A DNA stretch of 63,186 nucleotides, filler included, from Platydemus manokwari (taxonomy: Eukaryota): the NCBI GenBank assembly GCA_037951405.1. It is 6 parts of 6 records of this genome, joined end to end, with 100 filler letters (N's around TTAATTAATTAA, not from the genome) between each part and the next. Parts side by side here need not be neighbours in the genome. Positions count along the whole stretch, not along the records: positions 1 to 10,662 come from JBBMOY011115219.1; positions 10,763 to 22,673 come from JBBMOY010397777.1; 4 more parts are not named here. One strand, 5' to 3'. Positions 1 to 12,851 of the stretch are shown here, one piece after another. The notes below the pieces were generated by a model. That model did not search any database. It was not told the DNA's origin and was given only the letters and a program-made list of their open reading frames with translations. The position numbers were made by a program, and so were the translations under genes. Position 1 is the first letter of the stretch; every line of letters begins with the position of its first letter.

Positions 1-1968
1 TGTAATAAGTCTGCCTTTGGAGAGGAGTTTCGGTAAATACGGAATTACCTCTACCGTTAGGAGAAAAAAATGTTGCATCTAAAAAGCAACTCTTAGAACA
101 AGACTGAGGGATGACTGGCTCACAAGGACTAGAATAGATCGAATATATTGGGATTCAAGACTGGAATATTCTCTCACGAACTCCGAGCTAACGGAGAGCC
201 GGCAAAACCCAACGATGGTTTTGACCAAACACATTTGCCAAAGAATTTTTTACAGGAAAAAACATATGCTTCTCACCTTAATAACCAGCATCAGAAAACT
301 AACTTCTCGACCAAAAAATCTTATTATGGTAAAGATAATATCCACCACGGTAACGCCAAATCTGATCGTATTGTGTAATCAATTACCTCATAACGTCCCG
401 TTGAGTCGGACTTTTCAAAAAAACCCCGAAAATGTGCCCAAATTTTGTATTCGAAACAAATATATCCCGTTACAACATACTTGGGATAAAAACCCCAAAA
501 ATGCATCCAGATAAACACAACGCATCTACGAAAACCCAAACCAAACAAAGACCTGACTAAGCAAATCTACACAAACGACAAACAGCCAAGAGTATAAACC
601 CATCGATCATGCCCAACAAGGGCCAAAACTCCAAATTATACTCAATAAGACCCAAAACACACAAACTCACAGGACAATATACTCGACCTCTCAAACCTAA
701 ATGGCACCACCTCATACAAAGTCATCAAATATAGAAAAACAAGAACAACCTTAAGCCTGTTCTCAAGACTCATAAACTTCATTGAATCCTTCTCTTGCCA
801 ATGTAATAATTGCACCAAACTGAAAAGAGAAAGCTAAAACTAGATTCGTCCAGACACACTGACTTCAAAAAGAGAAAAATGCACTAAAAAGCACAAAATA
901 TATCGCAAACATAAGAAAATAAATTCTATGGTAGACCAACGGCTCTGCAAATGCGGACAATGTTCATCTAAATACAGAAGAACATTTAAATCACTTGGAA
1001 TATTTAAAAAAAATCACTCTTCCATTTAAAGGAACATCTTGCATCACCATGAAGAGCACCTGAAGGAACATTGAATTCAATACTGCATTCAGTGCTCTAC
1101 AATATATCAAGTGAAAGTGCATTGAATGTACCACACTATTCAATACCAAAATATACTCAATTATATAAGCCAATCAACTATCATAACAACAAACAATCAG
1201 TTCAAACTCAATTGAGAAATCAAACAAACCTTGTGAAATCAAATTTCTACCAGCCATTGAAGACCGGACACACCTGCCATGACACACCGGACACACCGTG
1301 CACTTGACACATGCTCTTGAAACAACTGTCTCCAAAGGCACAAGGAAGACTATAAATAATCTAGGCATCATGGAACAAATTCTACAAACTCTTTCTACCG
1401 ACCAAACTGGACCTAAAAGGCAGTGATCAAAATCAGTGAACTAAAACGACCAACACATCATCATTGTTACAACAGAAGAAATCGAATCACCACCCATTGT
1501 AATTGAACTCAAGACAAGCAGAAGACAAGAAAATAAACCTGAAATTCCAGATCCACTCCAAATCGACCACGACATAGATGATATCATCCTGAGACAAACC
1601 ATTGACGGATCAATGTCAACTCCTTACATGCTATCTGACTCACATGAAGAAACAAGTACAACAGAACACCAACCAATTACAACCAGAACTCAAACAAACC
1701 ATCATCAAGGTCAAATCAAACTCACTTAATACCTATCAAAATTGTACGGAGGAGCAAGTCATACACCAGCCTACATGACCTTGATTGATGATAAAAATGC
1801 CTAGTGCAATGTGTCTGAAAATATATCGTTTCCCATTCTCGAACACAACGATAGTTCCGAAACATTTTAATTAGACGCACAACACCGATCTAAACTGAGA
1901 ATTTACAGTAAAATGTTACTGTGGATGCATTAGTCCAGCCATCAGCATCAAATATCACATCGACCACA
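1..1968 (+). mobile_element. Decayed coding-like element of unknown family (probably retroelement or virus derived) abutting the ACE gene
   Basis: Strong A/C strand bias and higher GC than the flanks, like the Gypsy relic at 56-60 kb. Frames are interrupted by stops. Two in-frame CxCxxC motifs at 796-813 and 946-963. ACE homology ends abruptly at about 1969. Confidence 0.4.
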
Positions 1969-3270
1969 AAGATGTTTAGGAGTTTTGAAAGATAAAGCGA
2001 TTGTATCTCTGATCGATTCGAGAAATCCTGAATTAGCTGGTCCCATTTCGTGATGAATTGTTGTAAAATATTTCTCAATATTTTTGGTACACATTTTAAT
2101 TCGAAAATCTTCACCGTTTGAAAAATCATGTGCAGAACCGTGACAATCGACGATAAGGCATGGAGGTTATTTCAAGACACTACGTTCCCAAAAATTGTCA
2201 GTCATTCTATACATTCCAATCGATTCATAGAATTGTTCTGATAGTTTGAACATTTGTTTGACAGATAATTTTGCTAGATTATCATTTATTTCTTGTTGAT
2301 AATCATTGGTTTGTTTGATTCCACTACAATGTTTGATAATTGGAAATATATTAGTCCATTGTTGTCCCCAAACATCTCCTAATAAATGTGCAGGTATTGG
2401 TCCATTACTATCAAATCGTCCGGGATAATGTTTCACAAGACAATATCTCACATAACCATGTAATTCTTTATAAAGTGGTAAAATACTTTCATAAAGATTC
2501 ATCACAGTATCTTTAAAATCTTTATCATCGAAATCATTATCAACAATAAATGAAGCAGCATCACTGTAACCATTTTCTTTTGCTCCAATATTTTCCAGAA
2601 TCATTTTATCAATGAATAAATGTCTGAATTGAGCTCCAGTAACATTTCTCCAACTAGTCCAATATCCTGACAATTTATCATAATCTCTTTCAGATTGAAA
2701 CACTTGGATAATCTCGGTTTCACCAGGTTGAAGACAAGTTTTGAAACATGGTCGAGCATTATTATATATAAAAGATATATTATTTGTAATTTCGACAATT
2801 TTCCGAGAAATAGATTCATTCTTGCTTTCAATTGTCGGAGATAGCATTTGAAATTTCCTTCTGATTTCTGGATTTTGAAATGATTTCCATTTAAATCTTC
2901 CAATTTTATCTCGAAACCTTTTTTCAATTTTAATAGATTTAATTTTATATTCATTCAATAATTGTAAATTCTTGTTGTTAATATTCGTTAAATATTGATA
3001 TTCAAGATTTCCTAAACGATTCATATTTCGAATCGAAATTTCGTTGATTTCATTCAACCATTTTTGAGCACACTTTTCATTCGAATATTCATCACAAACT
3101 TCAGGATAATCTTCTAAAGGTGTTAATTGGAAATAACTATCGAATATGTTTGATATTTTATCATCATTAAAAATATTCTGATCTATAACTTCTAATATTT
3201 CTGATTTTATCCATTTCAGATGAATGAAGATTAACAAAATCCATAAAAGTAGTTGCAAATTCAACTTCAT
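1948..3270 (-). pseudogene. ACE: Angiotensin-converting enzyme (peptidase M2) family gene, intronless, disrupted in the catalytic half
   Basis: Signal peptide, W..WR..TG and PIPAHLLGDVWGQQW in ORF 3270-2167. Past the TAA at 2167-2169 the same frame continues PPCLIVDCHGSAHDFSNGEDFRIKMCT...IHHEMG|PANSGFLESIRDTIALSFKTPKHL and ends at TGA 1948-1950. The second His of HEMGH is missing. Confidence 0.9.
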
Positions 3271-6200
3271 AATTAAAAATCCGATGATGAGAGCAGACTA
3301 CATTTATATTCAATGCTTAAGATATGCACAGACATATTTCATTGATACGATACTAAATTTATGTACGCAGTTCATATACAACTTGTTTTTAACAGTTAAC
3401 GGTTTCTAACATTAACCAGTTACTATCAATCTTAAAATCGATAAAAAATACTGACATCTATTCATTACAAAAACTGAATATATAAGTCAATATAAATTTT
3501 AAACTCAGTTAATTTGTATTCGATACTTTTAAAATTATTTCATTTGACCGTTAATAATTTCACAAGTAATTTTTAATAACAGATATAAATACCTTTAATA
3601 AATACCTTTATGCTACAAAAATTTGAATAGTTTTGATTTCAAGAGATTATTTAATATTTTGACATTTGTGATTATGAAAAAATTATTAATCGATTTTCTA
3701 ATTAATCGGCCTAGGAAGCTTATGAGGGATATAATAACTTGGTACTTACATTTCGTTCTGTTTTCTATCCAACTACGAGTTGTAAAAAATTGGAATTAAG
3801 TAGCTGTGAGATCAAAACAGCAAGCAGTCAATTTTAGGTTGAGTTGTGATTTTTTTCCGATCACAGTATAAAGAAGTATGAAACTATTCTATCGATTTAT
3901 AATATTATCAAATACAGCCTTGTTTTATCATTACAAAGTAAACAGATATTTATAATCTTTAGAAAAGAATTGAAAATTTTAATTGATTTCGACTAAATAG
4001 ATTCGCAAAGTAATTCTCATAAACAGAAAATTTCTGTTCTTAATTTTTTTATTTGATACTCTCAATACTATAGGCACAATAAAGTTGATCTTCAACAAGA
4101 AAATGCATTAAGAAATAAATAGTGAAAAAATATTCTGAGGAAATTTAAGTACTCAAAAATTTAAACACCTCATTACGATTAATAGATTATTACTTTTAAT
4201 AGAATTTTTGAGCTCAAAAATAAGTAAAATAAATGTAAATATAAATCAAATGAAAGTAAAAAGCAAAATAGGAGATAATAAATAATAATGTCCAGAAATA
4301 AATAATAAATGCAAGAAATAAAGTAGAATTACCATAAAATTATGAATAACATTTAAAATATAATAATTATTGTTAAGGTTAAAATCGATTAAATAGTTCA
4401 TAAATAATAAAGGTTGAACTTAAAAATTAATTTAAAATGGAAAATACTAATTTTCAACTATTACCGGAAATTAGAATAAATAAATAGTATGTTCATATTA
4501 TAATAAGTTTGAACAACAGCGTGTACACAGAAGAGATGAGTGTCAATCAAAATAAGTATATAAAGAACGAGATAACTCGCAATTTCAGGTACTGAAATGT
4601 AAGTTGATTGTTTTAAAAGTATTCTACCTTATGACAACTTTAAATGCTAATACTATATATATAGTATTATGAGATAAAGATTTCAGTAGAAGTACAGGTG
4701 CACGGTCTTAATTTTATCAATGTAACAGTATCTGAGCCTGTAAATGTATAGTGTAATTAAAATATATCTTAATCAAAAAGACGTATTTATTTGTATTTAG
4801 TGTGCACCGGAATTAGAAATATGCACCTAATGAATCCAATCAAAGCTTGGTAATTTGAAAGTCTGTGATCGGCCATCGAGATGTGTGTTATCTAATGGTC
4901 TGTATTTCCTTGCCTGTCTCATTTGTAGATTTTAAGCAAGGTGTATGAATGATTTCACACAAACTCCACAGGACATAAACACCCATACCGTTAGCACTCT
5001 TTAGAAAGCCTATTCACACTCACTTCGTAAAGTCTATCCGTCAGGTTTTCATGAACACATAAAGTTAAGTGAATTTATAATTATAATTGCAATTTGTAAG
5101 AATTCTAAAAAAAATTAGTAAGTGTTAGGTGTAATTTCTCCGTGATATTTTCCAGTCAATGGTTGGACCGGAATATTTTTAATTATTCAAAAGTATTATA
5201 TGTCGAATGAAACCTCCTAAACAATAATTTTCTAAATATTTTTCAAAATTTTACAACAAAGTTCCACAACTACAGTATCAGTTACATATTTTTAAGTTAT
5301 TTTAATACAATGGGCTCAATGTATGTTTACGAAACCATCTGTAAATGCTGAACATATAAATATGATATAAAGTAGTATGATATTAAATATTGCAAAGAAG
5401 GCCAAAGATTTTCAGCAAACTCAGTATTCTAAATTTGTAACGAGAAAACATGTGATAAAGCTTCTAACAAATGCAGAATAACAATGTACAATGTAAAATC
5501 ATTTTTACCGATCGTGACATAAAAAATATAACAATCTCGTTATTCAACAAATCATTTGTGTTGTTGCATGCATATATGTATAACTCTTTATATATATTAA
5601 TGAATATAATTGATTGATGGCAACTTAGTATCGGAACTCGTTGGACGAATATATAACATAGTATGATTCTGAAATTAGAAAGTTGTATCAATCAACTAAA
5701 AATTTTAAAAAAAAACCTTTTTAACGTGATTTTCTAATTCAATTGCCGGTAAAAATGATTTTCTTTCCAAATTCACTGGAGCAGAACCATTGGTCAAGAA
5801 ACTACTTTCAACCAACCATTCATCAATCTTTGATTGGTAGTTTATGTTTTGAACGCCAAACGATGGTTGAACAGTCATTCGATTCATTGGAGCCACTGAA
5901 TGATTCACAAAATTTAACGTAGCGTATTTTGGGTCAAATCGATTTGAGAATTGTCTTTCAACAAATATTGTGGAAAATGATTGAAATAAATTTCATACAA
6001 TATCGTGGAATAAGTAAATGTTATTTTTCTCAAACTATGGAACTCATAAAACTGATTCAGGACATCACAATAAAGCATTTCGAAGTTATTAATCCAAATC
6101 TACTCAATGCACTGAAACATCAGCTTATTTTTAGAGAGTACCTCGTTTACTAGTTGATACAATAAATAGTGTTGGTTGATTGAACGTGTAAATGAAATAT

Positions 6201-6686
6201 TATATCGATTATATCTATGTTGACAGTGCTTTTGATCACTGATAATACTTATAAATATTGATTTTATGCCCGTATTGTGAGATATTTTAAATGAATTAAA
6301 TTTTTAATTCTAATTTTATATAAAATCATATTTATAGAAAATTAAACTTATTTGTTTAAATATTTGTATCTAAATAGATTTTTGTTGTCTCGACTTTTCA
6401 GTTCGTTTTTAATATGTGATTTTTAAAATAGTGGCGGCTAACACATAAAACTCACAATATTTCTGCATATTCCGTAATATAATAATCATCATAATAATAT
6501 AATAATCATAATATATTATTAAAGTGAACATAGATATAAGGCGTGGCGAATATCGTAGAGATTTTCTGTCTAGAAATTTAAATCCCACAGACGATTAAAT
6601 GAAAGTTATCTAATATAAATAAATGTAGAGTTAGAAAATACTCTAATAGTTAATCAATAGTTACTCAACAATTAATCAAAGAATAC

Positions 6687-7460
6687 CTTCCATTGGATAT
6701 TTCTGAAAGCCCTGATGCTTTTTGTGGTGTGTTAAATGTTGATTTGGAATGAATGAAGGAGGTGGCTTATGTGTGTAATTTGCTATGTGCTTTCTTGTAT
6801 CTGATTATAAACGATTACTAATAATCATCTCAACTATGGGAATTGATTTACCTTTCGAATTTCTATCGGGTTTCTTCCGAAATTTCTTAGCTCTTTCCAT
6901 CATCCACAGAGCGCTATTTGGATGTTCAAATCCCCTATTAAATCCCAAATTGAATATCTAGTCAACAGTTTGATACAATATCTACAATACCATTCTTTCA
7001 TAATGTCCATCTCTTTTCTGCTTAAACCAGAAGTAGAATTCGAACGACATGTGGAATAATTTCCTTGGATAACCAATTCTTCGTTATCAGACTCGACTAA
7101 TCTTTTAATTGATGCTTCTGTGAATGAATTTATTGTTTAATTTATTTAATAAGTTTCATAACTATACGTGTTGTTGAATTATTTTCTGTTACATCTTTTG
7201 TCATAATCCAAGCATTCGAGGGCATTGGAGGCGATTGCAAATTTTTCCAGTTTTGCAATAATTCGGTCTAATAACCATTGATTATAACTATTCTATTAAA
7301 AACAATCTCAACTGACCTCATCGAATTCAGTTAGATCAACAAAACCTAATTCATCAAAACTTTTTTCACAATCATATTTGAACTGGGAAATAATGGATTT
7401 ATACCATTTTCTGATTTTGTAGCCTTTCCAAGAAGCCTTAAACCATAATTATTACTACTA
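6687..7460 (-). CDS. Internal exons of a multi-exon gene, product unknown (further exons probably at about 5705-6100)
   Basis: Six GT-AG exons splice in frame across introns of about 50-57 nt: ...LLGKATKSEN|GFVDLTEFDE|TELLQNWKNLQSPPMPSNAWIMTK...|...MDIMKEW|GFEHPNSALWMMERAKKFRKKPDRNSK|DTRKHIANYTHKPPP... Confidence 0.65.
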
Positions 7461-7798
7461 CATCTTATTTTCACAGGAAAATTAACTATAATATTCATAT
7501 TAAAAAAATATGGAATAACGAGTTTATCACGAAATGAATAAAACCAGCAAAAAATATGGATTTTCATTGAACTATTAATTAAAAATCACAAGCTTTAAAA
7601 TCATAGAAAAAGTCTCATAAAAAAATAATTAAATAGGATTGTAAAATCAAGAGGAAATATATCGAAAACAGAACACAACCGAAGATAAAGTGACACGTAA
7701 GATTAATAATAAAATTACTGACTGGATTATTGAGTGGGTGCAAATAACAGCCAAAAATAAGTGGTTATACATTTAAAAATATAACAATGTTATAAAAA

Positions 7799-7799
<1 letters not shown>

Positions 7800-7840
<41 letters not shown>
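7800..7840. repeat. (TTA)n microsatellite
   Basis: About 13 TTA units read directly. Confidence 0.9.
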
Positions 7841-8029
7841 TAAAATTAAATGAAATTTGAAAAGTTTTAAAATCAGATTTTTATAAAATAATTGTAATTA
7901 CATTATCATTTGATGTCGTGACTTGTCAGTTCGTTTTCGATGCATTTTTATTAAATAGCAACGGCATTCTTAAAATGAAATAATAATGCTCATTATATTG
8001 GAACTAATGATATAAAGAAAAAGACAATG

Positions 8030-10250
8030 ATATTTAGGGTCCACTGTGAGAGAAATGTCTGTAACAAACCGATAAATGAATTATTTGATGATTGATTCGA
8101 GTTAAAAGGACTATAATATCGGTATATCGACTGACCATTCATAGGAATTGTAGGTTGTTCAACTAGCAAACTCTCATAATCTTTATAAGCATTATTAAGG
8201 TTATCAATATNNNNNNNNNNNNNNNNNNNNNNNNNNNNNNNNNNNNNNNNNNNNNNNNNNNNNNNNNNNNNNNNNNNNNNNNNNNNNNNNNNNNNNNNNN
8301 NNNNNNNNNNNNNNNNNNNNNNNNNNNNNNNNNNNNNNNNNNNNNNNNTTACACATTATTTATCAACAAAAGTAATACATTAAATCACCTGAATTCTGAT
8401 AGCTGACATTATTTGCAAGGGAGTATATACAACTTTTTCAAATCTGAATAATCGATAAAAATACACTCAAAAAATTAAAGAATATCTCAAACAATGTTGG
8501 TTTTGATTGAATTTGAAAGAGAAAGTCGTTCATCCAAGACAAAAATTCTTCGGTTGCCTCACGAGTACATCGATAATAATGATATTGATGTTTGTGAACT
8601 AGTTCAATATTTGATGATGAACTAAAATGTATTAAAATATAAATAATTATAGAATATTCAAGAAAGATATGGTTGGTAAATGACTAGAATTATCCAATAA
8701 TGACAACAAATAATTGTTAAAACCGTTTAAATTTAATACAAATAGCTTCAACAGAAAAAATCGTTAGGTAGTCAATTACTTTAATGTATTCTTTAATTTA
8801 AGAGTCTTTTGACGAATATTATCGGTAAAATCGAAGCAAGAACTGGCAAATTCACCATCAGGGCAAGGTATTGGAATATTTGCGTGTGAAAATTCTTGAG
8901 CGTCAATGATTTTGTTATTTTTGGCTCTAAAAGTAATACATAAATCTTAAAATTAGTAAAAATTTTAAAAAAGTATTATAACCATATATTAAAAATAAGA
9001 AGCCCATTTCACATAAATTTATTTAATGAATTAATATTTTTTTTAAATTTAAGAGAAAATGATACTATTTTATCCCATGATCCAATTGAGGTTTCCTAAA
9101 GTTAGTATCTGTTATGTTCAAAAGAATTAAACAATAATTCTCCACTTTTCACAATTCCGCACACAGACGGACACCAAGAAACAAACATACATAATAACCA
9201 ATCATAACTACATTAAAGAAAATACAAATTAACCAATTACCATCCTCAAAATTTCAAATATTGAAATCAGTTTTCGTAAACAAAAATGTAGGATATAGAC
9301 ATGAATGACGAATGAAAACTAATCAGAAATTAAAGCGTACAAATTTATGACTAAATAAAGTGAAATTCTTTACTATTTTAGAGCATAGAAACGATCAAAA
9401 TTTAAAGAAACTTCTTGATCGGTAGTTATTTTGTGTTATTTCAAACAAACTTTTATTAATTATATTTTTATTTTTAAACGTCTTTGATAACTAAGAGACC
9501 AATCTCAGAATTTGAAATCACTGAATTCAAGTTAGAGTTCACCAATAAGATTGGAACACACATTAACAAGATTAGATGAAATTCCAAACACACTTAATAG
9601 TCATGGAAAGCTATCAAAATTAATTCTCTCATTCTCAATTTTCACACATCACACCGGCGAAAAATAAACACTTTTACATTTCTTTTTGTCACACCAGTTT
9701 CCCTATTGACAATAATTGATTTATACTAGTAAATAAATAAATAATCTGATATTATAATTTACAAAAGTTTTCGATAAATATCAAATAGATTCAGATTCAT
9801 AAATTTTGATAAAAATTTTTACAAAATGATAAAATTATTCAACATGAAAAAATCATTTTTAGAAAATATCAAAACGAAAACCTGATTTTATAAATGTCTA
9901 CATCAACATTATCTTTCATGTTGACACAAGCAAGAAGTGGACAATTTCGAAACGATTCTTCATAATTCTCAGAATCTAAAATAAAAGATTATCAATCATC
10001 TGAACAAAATTCGTGTCTTGATTCAATAAAAATAAATGGTTCTCTTGGATCCAAGAAATATTATAATATATGATATTATCTACGAAATTCGGCATAGATA
10101 ATAAAATAACAGGAAAATATGTAAATAAAACCAGAACCTTCATTAAAAAATTTTAAGTTTTCTTAACTAAAATAGATACATACGTATTCGGTAATGTTAA
10201 TGAGGGTTTACTTATTGAATCACTATCTGACATGGCCTAGAATAGTACCA
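8030..10250 (-). CDS. Cluster of short exons, hypothetical protein, possibly LRR/IQ-containing; may be the 5' part of the gene at 6687-7460
   Basis: AG/GT-bounded coding-like blocks such as FRNCPLLACVNMKDN, AKNNKIIDAQEFSHANIPIPCPDGEF and FEKVVYTPLQIMSAIRIQ (IQ-like start). Exon chain not fully resolved; N gap at 8211-8348. Confidence 0.4.
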
Positions 10251-10662
10251 ATTAATAATCCGTTTATTGACAAATTCGAACACGGCCATCTCAGTGGCAG
10301 TCATTATCACGTTGAAATGTGCTATAATCATATTTTAGATTCACATCATCTTATTCCTCGTATTTTTTTTATTAATTTTATAATATTAATAATTAATATT
10401 ATTATCGTTATGACTCTTAATACATTATTTTTTTAATCATTATTTCTTTCTATTTGTGTTGATTTTATGAGACATTAATGACTAAATAATATTTTCAATA
10501 GCCCGTTGATTGTGAATGCTTGTTGTATTTTAAATAAGAAATTCCTAGATGAAAATGCCTCGAATTTTATATAAAGTATTTTTTGTTTTTTTGGTACTAT
10601 ACGGTTATCGCTGTACATATTTTTAATCTTTTTAAATTCATTATTGATTTCTTTATCTTTAT

Positions 10663-10762
10663 NNNNNNNNNNNNNNNNNNNNNNNNNNNNNNNNNNNNNN
10701 NNNNNNTTAATTAATTAANNNNNNNNNNNNNNNNNNNNNNNNNNNNNNNNNNNNNNNNNNNN
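10663..10762. other. Artificial contig spacer N44-TTAATTAATTAA-N44 (also at 22674-22773, 34370-34469, 43714-43813, 52983-53082)
   Basis: Identical 100-nt structure five times; the palindromic 12-mer gives stops in all six frames. Confidence 0.95.
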
Positions 10763-11031
10763 AACCATTGCTAATAACAATTGAAACTTGTAGCTCTACA
10801 TATAGAAAATACTATAAAAACGAAGTCATTGTTGATTTATATATATATAATTTAATAAATTACATTTATTTTAATTTCCTACTTGTTTAAATCTTTAACT
10901 AAAATTTAAATCGTGTAGCTTAATTTTAAATTGCATATTTTGTTAAATTAAGTTTTATTTAAGTTTTATTTGTTCTCTTTAACTTTATATTAATGTAATA
11001 TGGCTATTCTAATTTAAATTTATTGTAGGTA

Positions 11032-11889
11032 ATGGTTTCAGACTCAACAAAAATTTCCGTACTCGGTATAGTAGCTGGATTATCACCACTTTTCTCAATC
11101 TTTTTTCTAAGATTAATCGAATATGATCATTATTTCACTTTGATTGGATTGTCACTATTCGGTGTTTCATTATCTTATTTTTACATGATATTCAGTTATC
11201 CAGATAATCCTGAATTCAACAAAATGAATTTTATGAGTGCATTTTCTTTGGGATTCATTGCAACATTAGCAATTTTATTAACGATTAATAATCCATTTCA
11301 TTTCATTTTTGGTGTTTATATTATTCAGTTGTGCTTTTTTCATTGGTCAGAATTTTTTATAACTTCTATCAATAACCCCGGTGGCCTAAAAATTGATTTC
11401 TATATGTTAAATCATTCACGAGAATATAAAATTGCTCTTTTGTTAAGTCTCTTAGAATATTGGATTGAAAAGACTTATTTTCCGATGTTTTTTGTCAATT
11501 TCCGATGGCTCACATATATTGGATTAACAATGAGTATTTCGGGAGAAGTTTTGCGCAAAATTTCACTTTGGACTGCGGGTAAAAATTTCAACCATTATGT
11601 TGAAATTCAAAAACGTGCCGATCATGTTTTGGTTCGAAATGGTGTTTACAATTGGTTTCGGCATCCCTCATACGTGGGATGGTTTTATTTCAGTGTTGGA
11701 ACTCAGATTTCTTTGCTAAATCCAATATGCTTCGTTGGTTATACGATTGCTTCGTGGATGTTTTTTAGTGAACGGATTTATGAAGAGGAAAAATCTTTGA
11801 TACGATTTTTCGGTAAGGACTATATTGACTATCAGAATGAAGTTGGAACTGGATTGCCTTTCATTGAAGGTTATCTGATTGGGAAATAA
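11032..11889 (+). CDS. ICMT: Protein-S-isoprenylcysteine O-methyltransferase, single coding exon
   Basis: 285-aa multi-TM ORF with FFHWSEF, LNHSREY, AGKNFNH, HVLVRNGVYNWFRHPSYVGWF, RIYEEEKSLIRFFG..Y..Y...V.TGLPFI. AATAAA overlaps the stop. Confidence 0.95.
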   Translation: MVSDSTKISVLGIVAGLSPLFSIFFLRLIEYDHYFTLIGLSLFGVSLSYFYMIFSYPDNPEFNKMNFMSAFSLGFIATLAILLTINNPFHFIFGVYIIQLCFFHWSEFFITSINNPGGLKIDFYMLNHSREYKIALLLSLLEYWIEKTYFPMFFVNFRWLTYIGLTMSISGEVLRKISLWTAGKNFNHYVEIQKRADHVLVRNGVYNWFRHPSYVGWFYFSVGTQISLLNPICFVGYTIASWMFFSERIYEEEKSLIRFFGKDYIDYQNEVGTGLPFIEGYLIGK

Positions 11890-12122
11890 AAGTCAACGAT
11901 ACATGATTTCTATCACTAGTTTACAAGTATAATAACCGTGAAAAATGCCTTTATCGTGCTCATTAGTATTCACCAATGTTATTTTTATAATATACTGCTT
12001 ATCACATTGTTGTATTTTTCAATTTAAAATTTTCGAAATTTAATTATAAAATCGTTTTGTTTGAATAATCATCAAAGTGGCAGATTTTGAATTACTATTA
12101 GCATTTATCTTTGTAATTTTAG

Positions 12123-12767
12123 GCTGTTACTCTTCACTCCAGTCTTGGTGATATTAAGATTGAACTTTTTTGTTCAGAAACTCCTTTAGCTTCAGAGGTG
12201 ACTTTTTAGAATTGTTTTTCCTATTTGTTACATATTGATTCAGAATTTTTTAGCTCTTTGTGCATCGAACTATTATGATAATTGTATTTTCCACAGAAAC
12301 ATCAAAGGATTTATCATTCAAACTGGTGATCCCACAGGAACGGGAAAAGGAGGTCAAAGTATTTGGAAGAAGCCTTTTAAAGATGAATTTCACGAAAATC
12401 TTAGGGTACATGTTTGATGCGATTGATATGATTACCGTGTTGATATCGATTGTATTTGCAGCACAGCACTCGTGGTATTGTGTCAATGGCCAATTCTGGC
12501 AGTAATCTTAACCAATCACAATTCTTTATCACTTATTCCAAACAATCTATGCTTGATATGAAATATACCGTATTTGGCAAGTCCGATAATTTATGCTTAT
12601 GTTAAATGGATAGCAATTTGTGTTGTAGAGTAATTGATGGGTTTGAAGTACTTGACGAGATGGAGAAAGTGCCGGTTCAAGAGAAAAGCAACAAACCATT
12701 GCACGACATCAAGATTAATTCGATATCGATTCATGCCAATCCTTTTGCAGATGGATCGGTCGAATGA
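12123..12767 (+). CDS. PPIL3: Cyclophilin-type PPIase-like 3; exons 12123-12197, 12244-12405, 12462-12580, 12629-12767; initiator ATG not contiguous
   Basis: Spliced translation [17 protein letters not shown]...[35 protein letters not shown]...[11 protein letters not shown]...SQFFITY...[14 protein letters not shown]...IHANPFA. Introns of 46, 56 and 48 nt. Confidence 0.93.
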
Positions 12768-12851
12768 AGCAAAATCGCGTTCATAAAATTATCAATGTAA
12801 AAATAAATTTTCAAATCAATATCGTTTATTTGTATTTTAAATAATCGATTC

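Noticed and set aside
2167-2169. TAA reassignment or readthrough in ACE
   Set aside because: ICMT, SPATA4 and talin end at TAA as expected, and the downstream ACE part has independent lesions.
10707-10718. TTAATTAATTAA as a biological motif
   Set aside because: It is always centred in exactly 44+44 N, so it is an assembly linker.
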